Assembly (NCBI GenBank): GCA_963664115.2
Contig: CAXWPJ010000002.1
Coordinates: 640,001-704,000 of the forward strand
DNA length: 64,000 nucleotides
From: Terriglobia bacterium
GTDB taxonomy: Bacteria > Acidobacteriota > Terriglobia > 20CM-2-55-15
Reading direction: 5' to 3'
Shown: positions 1 to 12,188 of the stretch, piece by piece
Layout of the letters: the number at the start of each line of letters is the position of its first letter
Position numbering within the stretch: position 1 is the stretch's first letter
Notes under the pieces: model-generated
What the model was told of the DNA's origin: nothing
What the model saw: the letters and a program-made list of their open reading frames with translations, nothing else
The model's database searches: none
Position numbers and translations under genes: made by a program

Positions 1-2812
<2,812 letters not shown>

Positions 2813-2831
<19 letters not shown>

Positions 2832-3352
2832 CTCGCCGTGTCGGAAATGTCGCCCTGTTGCTGATGGACGTCGATGGAGTTCTGACCGACGGGAGAGTGT
2901 GGTTTGTGCCTGATGGTGGGGAACTCATCGAAGTGAAGTCGTTCAACGTTCTTGATGGAGCCGGTATCGCGCTGGCGCACCGCGTGGGCCTGAAAACCGG
3001 AGTTGTGTCGGCCCGCACTTCTCCCGGCGTGAGAAAACGGGCTGAAGAGTTGTCCATCGAGTTTGTCTATCTCGGTGTTCGTGACAAGAAAACCGCTCTG
3101 GCAGACATTGTGAGAGAGAGCGGTGTCGCGGCCGAGAACGTGTGCTTCATGGGCGATGAGGTTGTGGATCTTCCCGCCATGACCCGGGTTGGATTTCCAG
3201 TGGCTGTTGCGAATGCGGTTCCCGAGGTCCGTTCCCGCGCCGCATATGTGACCGAGGCTTCCGGCGGCAACGGCGCCGTGCGGGAAGTGATTGAGTTGAT
3301 CTTGAAAGAGCAGGGCAAATGGGATGGGGCCATCGAAGAGTTCTTGAAGTGA
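2813..3352 (+). CDS. kdsC: KDO 8-phosphate phosphatase (HAD superfamily)
   Basis: DVDGVLTDG HAD motif I, FMGDEVVDL, GGNGAVRE; overlaps the kdsA end. Confidence 0.93.
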
Positions 3353-3430
3353 GACGGGAAGTATAAGAATTATCAGTCGGAACCCGAAGAAGTTTGCTCT
3401 CGTAACTTTTAACTCTCAATTTCCCCCGCC

Positions 3431-3493
3431 AAATCCGCAATTGGTTGTGCTCCTGATTCAAGGGCCACCGACCTTTCCTGAACTTCCTGAAGC
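3431..3493 (-). repeat. Diverged copy of the 3' end of the lipoprotein gene at 6208-6828
   Basis: Gapless alignment to 6221-6283 with 48/63 identical bases (hand count); translation LQEVQERSVALESGAQPIAD vs LQEVRERSVALETSAQLIVD. Confidence 0.8.
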
Positions 3494-3541
3494 TCAGACT
3501 GAATTGATAATAGAGCCAGACGGCGAGGCTGATGATTTCGG

Positions 3542-3581
3542 CCGGAAAACGATGCTGAGATCCGGAAAACGATGCTGAGAT
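3542..3581. repeat. Perfect 20-bp tandem duplication (CCGGAAAACGATGCTGAGAT x2)
   Basis: Read directly: 3542-3561 equals 3562-3581. Confidence 0.95.
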
Positions 3582-3838
3582 AACGAGATCGGCGATTCGT
3601 CATCCCGTTGGTGTGCCACCTGGGAACTTAACCTGACAATGCCACCTCACCAATGACTCGCTCCACCGACCAGAAAATCGGGCGATTGGTCGATGTTCTT
3701 ACCATTTCGCCAGCCACAGCTTGCAAACGCCAAAATCTTTGATTTTATTGACAGGTAAACGCCCGGGGCTATATCGTCTTTGGCAGATCCAACCCAGAAA
3801 TCATGTCTTTAAACAGTACGGTCAATTTGGGGGCGTCT

Positions 3839-4243
3839 ATGAAGAAGGTATACACAGTTTTCCTCGTTCTGGCAGGCTTGTTGACGGCCGCCGCTCCGCT
3901 GTTCGCGCATCATGGCCGAGGGAATGCGTTTGATATGGAGAATCGACGTACAGTAACAGGCGTCGTGTCGGAAGTCTTATGGCGGAATCCACACGTGCGG
4001 ATTATGGTGGACGCGCCGGGCGAGGACGGTGAAATTGTAAACTGGTCTTTCGAAAACACCGGCACGGCCAACCTGGCACAGGCGGGCTATAACCGCGGTA
4101 CGCTGAAAGTCGGCCAGCCGATAACGGCCATTTTCAACGGCGCCGCCAACGGATCGCCGGTTGGAATCATCGTCATGTTCATCGACGAGGAAGGAAGAGA
4201 GTTGATGTCGCGCATAGGCGGCGGCGGAAATCCTCTTGACTGA
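3839..4243 (+). CDS. DUF6152-like exported small protein
   Basis: Signal peptide ending LFA|HHG, then GVVSEVLWRNPHV and LKVGQPIT; ATG at 3839 preferred over 3803 because it gives a clean signal peptide. Confidence 0.75.
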   Translation: MKKVYTVFLVLAGLLTAAAPLFAHHGRGNAFDMENRRTVTGVVSEVLWRNPHVRIMVDAPGEDGEIVNWSFENTGTANLAQAGYNRGTLKVGQPITAIFNGAANGSPVGIIVMFIDEEGRELMSRIGGGGNPLD

Positions 4244-4294
4244 TCCGACGATATGACAGTTTGTGCGGAAAGCTCAGAGGAGGAGGATCGAGAA

Positions 4295-5227
4295 ATGCGA
4301 AATCGCCTGGCAAACGTACCGACAGGTTTCGTGTGGTTGCTATTATTTTTGGTGTCCACCGTCCTTGCGTTTCCATCGGTGACGCTGGCCCGAGTGCAAG
4401 AAGAAAAAGATTACGGCTTACGGACTTACTCAGACAAGCCGTTCTCAGAGGATGGGTTCATCACGCCGGAATCGTCAGCTGAGAGCGGCGGATTGGAAAC
4501 GGCTGCGATCCGGTTTGATCCCCAGGATCTGTCGGGAATTTATAGATCGGTTGCCGGAGGGTGGGAGTCGCCCGGTCCGAATGTCCCGCCGATGACTCTG
4601 GAGGGACGGGCGAAGCTGGCCGAGCGTGTTTCGCCCGACAACGTCCCCAATCCAGCGCTTGGGAACGATCCGCAGTTCTTATGCGCTCCGCAGGGTTTTC
4701 CACGGCTGTGGCTCGATCAGGAGCTAATCGAAAACATCCATCTGGAAGACAGACTGCTGCAGTTGTCCCAGTGGGACCAGACCTTGCGCGAAATCTGGAT
4801 GGACGGGCGACCCCTGCCCACGCCAGAGGACATCGCTGAACTGGGCCAAACCTTCTACGGATATTCGGTCGGCCGGTGGGAGGGAGACACGCTTATCGTC
4901 GAAACCGTTGGACTCGATGAGAGAAACTGGATCGACGATGACACGGGTTACCCGTTCAGTTCCGGCGCACGGTTCGAAGAGCGTTACAGACGCGTAGCTC
5001 CAGATGCTATCACTGTCCAATATACGCTGTACGATCCGCAATATTATGCCACTCCCTGGGTCGGTGACTCTAAACCGTGGAGACGAATGCCCCGAGCATT
5101 CGTGACTCATGTTGGATGGTTCGGCTTGTATTCGGGGGTCACGGAAGCAATCTGTGCGCCGATGAACGAAGCGGAGTTCCATCTTCGGAACGAACCCGCA
5201 TACGCAGATTTACCGCAGCCTGATTAG
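4295..5227 (+). CDS. Exported hypothetical protein (DUF6152-associated family), paralog 1
   Basis: GGAGG RBS before ATG 4295; signal peptide; DLSGIY, DPxxxCxPxGFPR, REIWMDGR, GYSVGRWEGDTLIVET, FEERY, YDP..Y..PW. Confidence 0.8.
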   Translation: MRNRLANVPTGFVWLLLFLVSTVLAFPSVTLARVQEEKDYGLRTYSDKPFSEDGFITPESSAESGGLETAAIRFDPQDLSGIYRSVAGGWESPGPNVPPMTLEGRAKLAERVSPDNVPNPALGNDPQFLCAPQGFPRLWLDQELIENIHLEDRLLQLSQWDQTLREIWMDGRPLPTPEDIAELGQTFYGYSVGRWEGDTLIVETVGLDERNWIDDDTGYPFSSGARFEERYRRVAPDAITVQYTLYDPQYYATPWVGDSKPWRRMPRAFVTHVGWFGLYSGVTEAICAPMNEAEFHLRNEPAYADLPQPD

Positions 5228-5365
5228 GGTGCTTTTGAGGTTTCAATGCCTCATTTCGCCCTCCGGAAGGCGTCGCTGGAAAACCGCAAGGTCCCCCGTC
5301 TGCGTTTTCTGTACGCCAGAGATTTGAACATGAGAAGCCCCGTACCGGAAAAGGAGATTTGAAAA

Positions 5366-6172
5366 ATGCGAAGTCGTTTCGCGACTCTAAAAGCCTCCCT
5401 ATGGATGCCCGTTATCGTAACGGTATTCGTTCTTCTCCTGACAGATGCCGGTGCAGGCGCTACACAAGCCCAGGGGGGCGGACTCGACCCGCGTGATCTT
5501 TCCGGAATCTACGTGCGGACGGGCGGGGATCCTGGCTTTGGTCCTGTGGACAGCATGCCGCCTCTGACGGCCGCAGGCGAGGCGAAGCTGAGGAGTGTGA
5601 TTCTGCCAGGCCCCAGCCGACACCCCCTGGCACGGGAGGCCAGCAACGCCGCTCCTTCAAACGATGCCTCCCTCAGCTGCAATCCGAAAGGGCTTCCCCG
5701 GCTGTTGCTCGAATCGAGCCACCAGGAACTGATCACTCTGCCGAATCGTATTGTACAAGTCTGGAACCAGGAACGAAGACCGCGTGAAATCTGGATCGAC
5801 GGGCGGGATGTGCCGTCACCTGACGATATCAACAATCTGGGACTCACCTGGTACGGACACGGGGTCGGTGTCTGGGAGGGCAACACCCTCGTCGTCAACA
5901 CAGTCGGTATCGACGACAGAGCGTGGCTGGATTCGTTCGGTTTTCCGAGAGGGTACGACGCCCGTGTGGAGGAGCGCTACGAACGTGTCGATGCCAACAC
6001 ACTGCAGGTTACGGTGACACTCTACGACGAGGAAATGTACACGAGCCCCTGGGTGTCGGACGTGAAGACTTTCACAAAGGAAACCCGGCAGAACGTGACC
6101 CGGCGCGGGTGGTACGGGTTGTTGGGAGGAGTCCCACAAGAAATCTGCTTTCCGAAGGCGCCGAACCGCTAG
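5366..6172 (+). CDS. Exported hypothetical protein (DUF6152-associated family), paralog 2
   Basis: AGGAG RBS; same motifs as 4295-5227 (DLSGIY, CNPKGLPR, REIWIDGR, WEGNTLVVNT, EERY). Confidence 0.8.
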   Translation: MRSRFATLKASLWMPVIVTVFVLLLTDAGAGATQAQGGGLDPRDLSGIYVRTGGDPGFGPVDSMPPLTAAGEAKLRSVILPGPSRHPLAREASNAAPSNDASLSCNPKGLPRLLLESSHQELITLPNRIVQVWNQERRPREIWIDGRDVPSPDDINNLGLTWYGHGVGVWEGNTLVVNTVGIDDRAWLDSFGFPRGYDARVEERYERVDANTLQVTVTLYDEEMYTSPWVSDVKTFTKETRQNVTRRGWYGLLGGVPQEICFPKAPNR

Positions 6173-6207
6173 ACACACGGGCGTGCGGGAGCCGTGGATC
6201 TCACACG

Positions 6208-6828
6208 TCACTCATTTCCAAAATCCACAATCAACTGCGCACTTGTCTCCAGCGCCACCGACCTTTCCCGGACTTCCTGCAGCAGAATGAAAGCACCCGA
6301 GTAGTCACCGCCGTCGTAAATGTCCTCCGCCTCGTTGAGCGAGGCGAAAATGCCAGCCAGTTCATCCTCGAACGATTGAATTTGCTGGCGCGTGATGGCA
6401 CCGCCAAGGGCGGCATCCACCGCTTCAAAGGTCGCCCGAAAAGCCAGCTGGGACGTGGGCAACGCCCGCTGCGCTTGCTCGAAAACGTCGGCCTTGTTGA
6501 CCTCGGCGATCGCCTGCGCCTGGCCGGCCTGCTCGAAGGCGAGGGCCAGGAATTCGAGCGCCCCGTCGTAGTTTCGGCCCCATACCGGCAGCTGCTCTTG
6601 CCGGGCGATGGCGAACTCTCCGCTTTCCAGATTGAATTGAGCCACTTCGAATTCCCCTGGCGCGTATATGTCCGCTTCGAAGTCCGCTGCCCCAGCGACG
6701 GCTTCACGTGTTTGCTGGAGTTCGAGCACGGGCTTTTCCGCACAACCGGCGAATACACTCAAACTCATCCCGAGACCCAGTAACAGCAGATGACTCCGAT
6801 TGCCAGGTCCGGGGCGCGTGTGAATCAA
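6208..6828 (-). CDS. Helical lipoprotein (possibly DUF4398-like)
   Basis: Lipobox VFAG|C followed by an Ala/Glu/Gln-rich helical region (ADIYAPGEF); overlaps the stop of the PQQ gene. Confidence 0.65.
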   Translation of the reverse strand: MIHTRPGPGNRSHLLLLGLGMSLSVFAGCAEKPVLELQQTREAVAGAADFEADIYAPGEFEVAQFNLESGEFAIARQEQLPVWGRNYDGALEFLALAFEQAGQAQAIAEVNKADVFEQAQRALPTSQLAFRATFEAVDAALGGAITRQQIQSFEDELAGIFASLNEAEDIYDGGDYSGAFILLQEVRERSVALETSAQLIVDFGNE

Positions 6829-8546
6829 TCCCCTAGCCTGAAGACCATCAGGATGTTACTCCCGTTCGGGGTTCTCAGTTCGGGGTACAATTCGGCCAGG
6901 TGGTCAGTACCCGCCGTGTTGCCACCCACAGCCACCGCAATGTACTGGTTTCCGTCCACAGCATAGGTTATGGGATAGCCGCTTACCGGCGCACTGAGCG
7001 GTGTCTCCCAGAGCACGCTACCGGTTCGAGCATCGAGCGCCCTGAAGTAGCGGTGCAGATCTCCCACAAAAACCAATCCGCCCGCTGTGGTCAGGACCGA
7101 GCCCAGCGCGGCCCGCTGATCATAGGTCCACAGAAAGTCTCCTGTCGCGGCTGAAACCGCTGCCAGCCTTCCGACCTGGCCGTTCGAACCTTCCATATGC
7201 CGGAGTTCGCTGTAGTCCGCACCGGAGACGCTTTCCTCCAGAGGTACGACCTCGAAGATCGTACATTCGTTGCTCACCGTGCTGTATACAGCCTCGGTCA
7301 TGGGATTGTAGGCGTTCGTCTGAAACAGCTTGCCGCCGCGCATTCCCGGGCATACCAGCGGAGCGTCTCCGATATTCCTCGGAATGATCTCATCGTTCAT
7401 CGTGACTCGGCCGGTCTCCGTGTCGATGTCGTCGTAGAGGTTCTGGAATGTCACCAGCTGTTTGTGAAACAGATACTCTCCGGTCTCTCGATCCAGGGCC
7501 CACAAGATGCCAGGCTTGCCGAGCAAATACACCACCTTGCGCACGGTGGGGCCGATTGCTACGTCGGCAAGGATGGGATTGTCCTGGTGATCCATGTCGA
7601 AGTTGTCACGCGGCTGCATCTGGAAGAACCAGCGGATGTCTCCGGAGTCGGCGTCGAGAGCCAGAATCGAGTTTGAGTAAAGCAGCGCACCGCTGCCTGT
7701 GCCTTTGTGCAACTCCGGGTAGGGATAGGGGCTGGCTGTTGTCCAGTAGACCAGGTTCAAGTCCGGATCGTAGCTTCCGGTCAGCCAGAAGGAGGCTTTC
7801 CTGCGCTGCTCGTAAGGCGCTCCTCCCCAGGTTGCGTCGTGCTCTGGGGGATCTTCGGGCCCGGCTACGGATTCCCTCCGCCAGAGTTCCCGTCCCGTAT
7901 CCGCGTCATGGGCACTCAGGAAACACGCGCGAGACGTGCCCGTGCCGCAAGTCAGCCCGGCGAAAACCTTGCCGTTCCCGGCGATGGGTCCGGCAGAGTA
8001 TCGGATTCGGTCGCTGGGGTCCCCGGTCTGGATCTCCCATTCCAGTTCTCCCGTCCTCGCATCCAGCGCAACAAGAAATCCATCCTCAGTCGTGAGAAAG
8101 ATCTTGTCCTCATAAATTCCGAGATTCCGGGTCGTAAGTTCGCCTATGCCTTCCGGCAAGTTTCGTCGGTACTCCCAGATCAACTCGCCCGTTCGCGCAT
8201 CGAGCGCCTGCACCACTCCATGGGTGTGAGGCAGGTACATGACGCCCCGGTATACGATGGGCTCTGATTCTTGCTGCCCGCTCTCCATCGCCCACGCCCA
8301 GGCCAGGCGCAAGCTCTGAACATTCTCAGTCGTTACCTGAGCTAGGGGGCTATAGCCGCTGGCACCGTTGTCACGACGCCATCGCAACCAGTCGGCCGGT
8401 TCAGGGTTTTGAAGGACGGCGTCGGTAACCGGAACGAAGTCCGATTGTTGTGCGAGCGCCGCATAAAACGCTCCCGAACCAAGCATCGCGACCAGCGCAA
8501 CCAGCGCAATCTTGAACAGCACCACACGAAACCCTGTCATAGACAT
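6825..8546 (-). CDS. PQQ-dependent dehydrogenase-family beta-propeller protein
   Basis: Signal peptide; GYSPLAQVTTENVQSLRLAW, repeated ALDARTGE..W tryptophan-docking motifs, YDPDLNLVYW, PITYAVDGNQYIAV. Confidence 0.9.
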   Translation of the reverse strand: MSMTGFRVVLFKIALVALVAMLGSGAFYAALAQQSDFVPVTDAVLQNPEPADWLRWRRDNGASGYSPLAQVTTENVQSLRLAWAWAMESGQQESEPIVYRGVMYLPHTHGVVQALDARTGELIWEYRRNLPEGIGELTTRNLGIYEDKIFLTTEDGFLVALDARTGELEWEIQTGDPSDRIRYSAGPIAGNGKVFAGLTCGTGTSRACFLSAHDADTGRELWRRESVAGPEDPPEHDATWGGAPYEQRRKASFWLTGSYDPDLNLVYWTTASPYPYPELHKGTGSGALLYSNSILALDADSGDIRWFFQMQPRDNFDMDHQDNPILADVAIGPTVRKVVYLLGKPGILWALDRETGEYLFHKQLVTFQNLYDDIDTETGRVTMNDEIIPRNIGDAPLVCPGMRGGKLFQTNAYNPMTEAVYSTVSNECTIFEVVPLEESVSGADYSELRHMEGSNGQVGRLAAVSAATGDFLWTYDQRAALGSVLTTAGGLVFVGDLHRYFRALDARTGSVLWETPLSAPVSGYPITYAVDGNQYIAVAVGGNTAGTDHLAELYPELRTPNGSNILMVFRLGD

Positions 8547-8665
8547 TCCTAATTCTCCTTTCCAAGCCCGTCATCTGACGAGGCCGATGTTGACGACACC
8601 CCGTGCCGCTTAGGCTTCGCTGACCGAACCCCGTAGGCCGCACCCGGCTTTTTGAGCGCCTCCGC

Positions 8666-10435
8666 TCAGCGCGGCCGCACCATGAGCTGGATGGCATTCG
8701 ACATTCCACCTTCCGGTGGCGGGTTGAATACACGGATCTCAATCGCGCGATAGCCGACGATCCCAACATTCTGGGCGGGGCCGGGAGCCCGGTACGGGTC
8801 AGGACCCGGTCGTGAGACCAGGCTGGCGGGAAGATCAAATTCCACGCGGCGGGGGCTCGTTACGAATGTTTTCACTGCGATTCCGTCTACATGAATCAGT
8901 GAGGTCAACAAGAATCCGCTGCCCTCGATCGTGACACGGCTTCCCTCACGGCCCGCCTCCACCATGGCCGGCGTGACGGAGCTGAGGACGGGAGCGAACG
9001 TGGATCCGGCCACGGATCGTGATGGTTCGGTGGCGGTGTAGTACTCCGGAGTATAGGTGAGCTCTATCCAACGCCCGTCTTTCATCACCCGTTCTATCTC
9101 TTGCGTGTTCGAAATATCGGCCAGGGGATCCGAGCCCAATACAACCAGATCCGCAAGCTTGCCCGGCTCAATGGAGCCGACGCGGGCAGGGCCGCGCGCT
9201 CCGTTCTTGCCTTCTAACAACTCGGCAGACCATAGCGTGGCTGATTTCAGCGCTTGCATAGGCGTGAGGCCGGCTTCGACCAGCATCTCCATCTCCTGAT
9301 GCACGCTGAGTCCGGGCACTCCGCCGGTTAGGGTGTCTGTGCCAGCCTGAATCTTTCCGCCCGCGTTCACGAAGCGGCGGACAAACTCGAGCACGTTTCG
9401 ATATCCCTCCTCGAACTGGGCGCGATCCGCGTCCGGCAGATGGCTGATGAAGGGCATATTTCCATATCGGCTGGAGAAATTCTTTATCTGCCTGTGCTTG
9501 GCAAGCACGCTGCCCGCGATGTTCTCCGGGAAGTAAACCAGATCAGGATTGCTGATAACGCGATAGTCGTCCAACTCGCGTTGACCGGCGCGCTCGCTCA
9601 ACCCTCCCCACTCATAGACCAGCGTGGGATTGAGATAAACGCCGGCCGCGACCGCATCCGCGATCATGGCGTCCAACACTTCCCAATCGGTCATGAAGGT
9701 CGCCCAGGTTAGAAACGCACCCTGCTGGAAGGCTTGAAGATTTTCCCCCGACATGGCCGCCTGGGTGAAGCCCCAGACATGTTCGATCGAGTCCATGCCG
9801 TCGCTTATGCCTTCCGGCGCGTTTTCTACGTGCCCGAATACCAGGAACCCGGCCCGGTGAACCTCTTCTGCGGCCACGGCATACGCCCTGCGGGAGGCAT
9901 CGTTGTGGGTCGGGAAATGAGCCATGTCCGGTTCGTTCCGAAGCCAGCGTTCGACGGCGCTCTGAATCTCTTCCCGACTGTCGTCGTTTGAGAATCCAAC
10001 CCGATTGCCACTGTGGTAGAGCCTGGGAAGCTTTTCCGAGGTCTGGCTCCGGGCCCTCATTTCGCGATCGAGGTCAGTCAGAGCAACAAGCGACGTCACT
10101 CCGTGATTCAGAAAGAGTTCGCCCATCCAGTCCAGCCAATGGACATGCGAGTCCAGGAGTCCCGGAATCAAGACCTTGCCCTCCAGGTCGACGACTACGG
10201 TACCCGCTGGAACGGGTGAGCCGCCCGGAACAATGGCTGTGATCGTATTCCCCTCGATCAGTACAGCCTGATCGAGGAGCGGCGCGTCGGAAACACCGTC
10301 GATGATTGTGGCACCCTCGAGCAGGAGGGCGCCGGCAGGTTCTTCCTGTGCCCAGCCGGGCGCCCCAGCCAGCAACACCAGACTGAACAAAGCAAGGCTA
10401 CACAGGCAAAAACTCCGATACTTGAAAAGACACAT
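8666..10435 (-). CDS. Exported amidohydrolase with C-terminal IPT/TIG-like domain
   Basis: PGLLDSHVH metal motif, AGTD, GSIEPGKLADLVVL; tail PVLSSVTP..VTIEGSGF..VFNPPPEGG; ATG 10435 has a GGGAG RBS and a signal peptide. Confidence 0.82.
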   Translation of the reverse strand: MCLFKYRSFCLCSLALFSLVLLAGAPGWAQEEPAGALLLEGATIIDGVSDAPLLDQAVLIEGNTITAIVPGGSPVPAGTVVVDLEGKVLIPGLLDSHVHWLDWMGELFLNHGVTSLVALTDLDREMRARSQTSEKLPRLYHSGNRVGFSNDDSREEIQSAVERWLRNEPDMAHFPTHNDASRRAYAVAAEEVHRAGFLVFGHVENAPEGISDGMDSIEHVWGFTQAAMSGENLQAFQQGAFLTWATFMTDWEVLDAMIADAVAAGVYLNPTLVYEWGGLSERAGQRELDDYRVISNPDLVYFPENIAGSVLAKHRQIKNFSSRYGNMPFISHLPDADRAQFEEGYRNVLEFVRRFVNAGGKIQAGTDTLTGGVPGLSVHQEMEMLVEAGLTPMQALKSATLWSAELLEGKNGARGPARVGSIEPGKLADLVVLGSDPLADISNTQEIERVMKDGRWIELTYTPEYYTATEPSRSVAGSTFAPVLSSVTPAMVEAGREGSRVTIEGSGFLLTSLIHVDGIAVKTFVTSPRRVEFDLPASLVSRPGPDPYRAPGPAQNVGIVGYRAIEIRVFNPPPEGGMSNAIQLMVRPR

Positions 10436-10711
10436 TCTTGTGGCTCCCTGTCGCATTTTCATCGTCAAATTTGGGGTTGTACCGGGTGACTTTATCACTT
10501 TGGACCAACGGGAGCAAAGCTGCCCGTAGTTAATCTGCCGCCGCAATCGTCCCATCTTCTTTTCTCCAGTTCAGCGATGAAGTGTGTATTCTTGGACTCG
10601 CTGATCTGGATAGAAATTGGGCACGGAGGCAGATGCCTGCGGATGCAGGTTCCGACAATCGGAGACCTTTGGGAATCTGCCTCCGTTCCGGGAGTTCCGG
10701 GGAAGAACGTA

Positions 10712-12172
10712 ATGTCTTCACAGCAAGACGACAAAGCATCCACGAATAGATCCTTCAAGCTCTATTTGCGCATCCTGACGGGACCCTTGGCCTTCTTGAT
10801 AGTCCAGGCCCTCTCCTTGCCTGGTTTGGAAGCCGGACCTCATTTCGCTCTCAGCTCTTACGCCTGGGTTGTGGCCTGGTGGGCGGCCATGCCGATCCCC
10901 TGGGCGATTACCGGATTCCTGCCCCTGGTACTGTTCCCGCTCGGAGGCGTCATGCCCTTCCGTGAGGTGGCGGCGCTTTACGGCCAGCGGGTATTTCCCT
11001 TTCTCCTGGGAATAATGCTGTTTGGCCACGCTTTCCGAAAATATGGTCTCGCCAGGAGAATGGCGACGAACTTGTTAAGCATCCCCGGGGTGGCAACATC
11101 AGGCGCACGCCTGATCCTGATGATTATCGTCGTGACGGCTATTCTATCGGCCCTGGTCGATGACGCGGCAGCGGTCGCGATCATGATACCGATCGCTCTG
11201 TCTGTGGCCCGATTCGCGGGCGATACGACCAGCGGTAAGACTCCCCGTCTGATGGAAGCATCCGCTCTGGCGGTGCTTTACGGTTCTGCGGCAGGCGGCA
11301 TGGCAACCCCGGCGGGCGTACCTTTTAATCCGCTGGCTATTTCCCTTCTCGATCAATTGACCCAATACCAGATCAGTTTCACCCAGTGGACTCTCACCGG
11401 AGTCATCCTTTCAGTCGCAACTATTCCCGTCTACTACCTGGTTCTGCGATTCATGTCGCCACCCGAAGTGCAGAGCATTCGTGGTGGGGCGGCCTATTTC
11501 AGCGAAGCGAAGCAAGCCCTCGGCCCGATGAGCCGGGGTGAAAAGAACGTTCTTTTCGTCTTGATTGTCATGATCGTCCTCTGGTTCCTGCCGGCCCTCG
11601 TCACGATAAGCTTCCTGGACATCTGGTACGTTCCCCCGGTGGCCATGGTGCTTCTGTTTCTTCTTCCGGTTGACGCTGGCAAGGGCGAAATGACCCTCGG
11701 TTCCAAAGACGTCCAGGAAGGGGTTCTGTGGAACATCCTTTTCCTGGTTGTGAGCGGTACCGCGATTGCCAGTGGACTGGCCAGCCTGGGTATAGCAGAC
11801 TGGATTGGGAGCATGATCTCGGCGAGCGCGTCGGCCGCAGTGCTGCCGTGGCTGGCAGGGCTCGCCACGCCGATCTTGAGCCACCTCACAAGCGGCACGG
11901 CGACGACATCGATGGTGTCCACCATTCTGTTCCCTATGGCCAACGATCTGGGTTACAACGCTGCGATTCTGGCCCGGATCATTGCCGGAACCGCACTGGC
12001 CGTTTCCTTTCCCTGGTCGGGAGCGGGAGCGGGAACTGCATTCGCCTCCGGTGCGATCAGCTTCGGCACGATGTTCAGGATCGGCGTTGTCGCGACAATC
12101 CTCACCATGACCGTCATCACGGTTCTGAGCATGGTGCTGGTACCTGCGCTGGGCGCGTTCTCAATACCTTAG
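10712..12172 (+). CDS. SLC13/DASS family dicarboxylate or anion transporter
   Basis: Many transmembrane segments; GGMATPAGVPFN (DASS GG..T..G.P.N motif); ATG 10712 chosen over the upstream start. Confidence 0.85.
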   Translation: MSSQQDDKASTNRSFKLYLRILTGPLAFLIVQALSLPGLEAGPHFALSSYAWVVAWWAAMPIPWAITGFLPLVLFPLGGVMPFREVAALYGQRVFPFLLGIMLFGHAFRKYGLARRMATNLLSIPGVATSGARLILMIIVVTAILSALVDDAAAVAIMIPIALSVARFAGDTTSGKTPRLMEASALAVLYGSAAGGMATPAGVPFNPLAISLLDQLTQYQISFTQWTLTGVILSVATIPVYYLVLRFMSPPEVQSIRGGAAYFSEAKQALGPMSRGEKNVLFVLIVMIVLWFLPALVTISFLDIWYVPPVAMVLLFLLPVDAGKGEMTLGSKDVQEGVLWNILFLVVSGTAIASGLASLGIADWIGSMISASASAAVLPWLAGLATPILSHLTSGTATTSMVSTILFPMANDLGYNAAILARIIAGTALAVSFPWSGAGAGTAFASGAISFGTMFRIGVVATILTMTVITVLSMVLVPALGAFSIP

Positions 12173-12188
12173 CGAAAGGACTCTTCTG

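Noticed and set aside
7590-7615. DxD (DNFDMD) in the PQQ enzyme as a sign of lanthanide dependence
   Set aside because: A similar DMD occurs in Ca/Mg-dependent membrane glucose dehydrogenases, and the vicinal Cys-Cys of XoxF/ExaF is absent, so it is not diagnostic.
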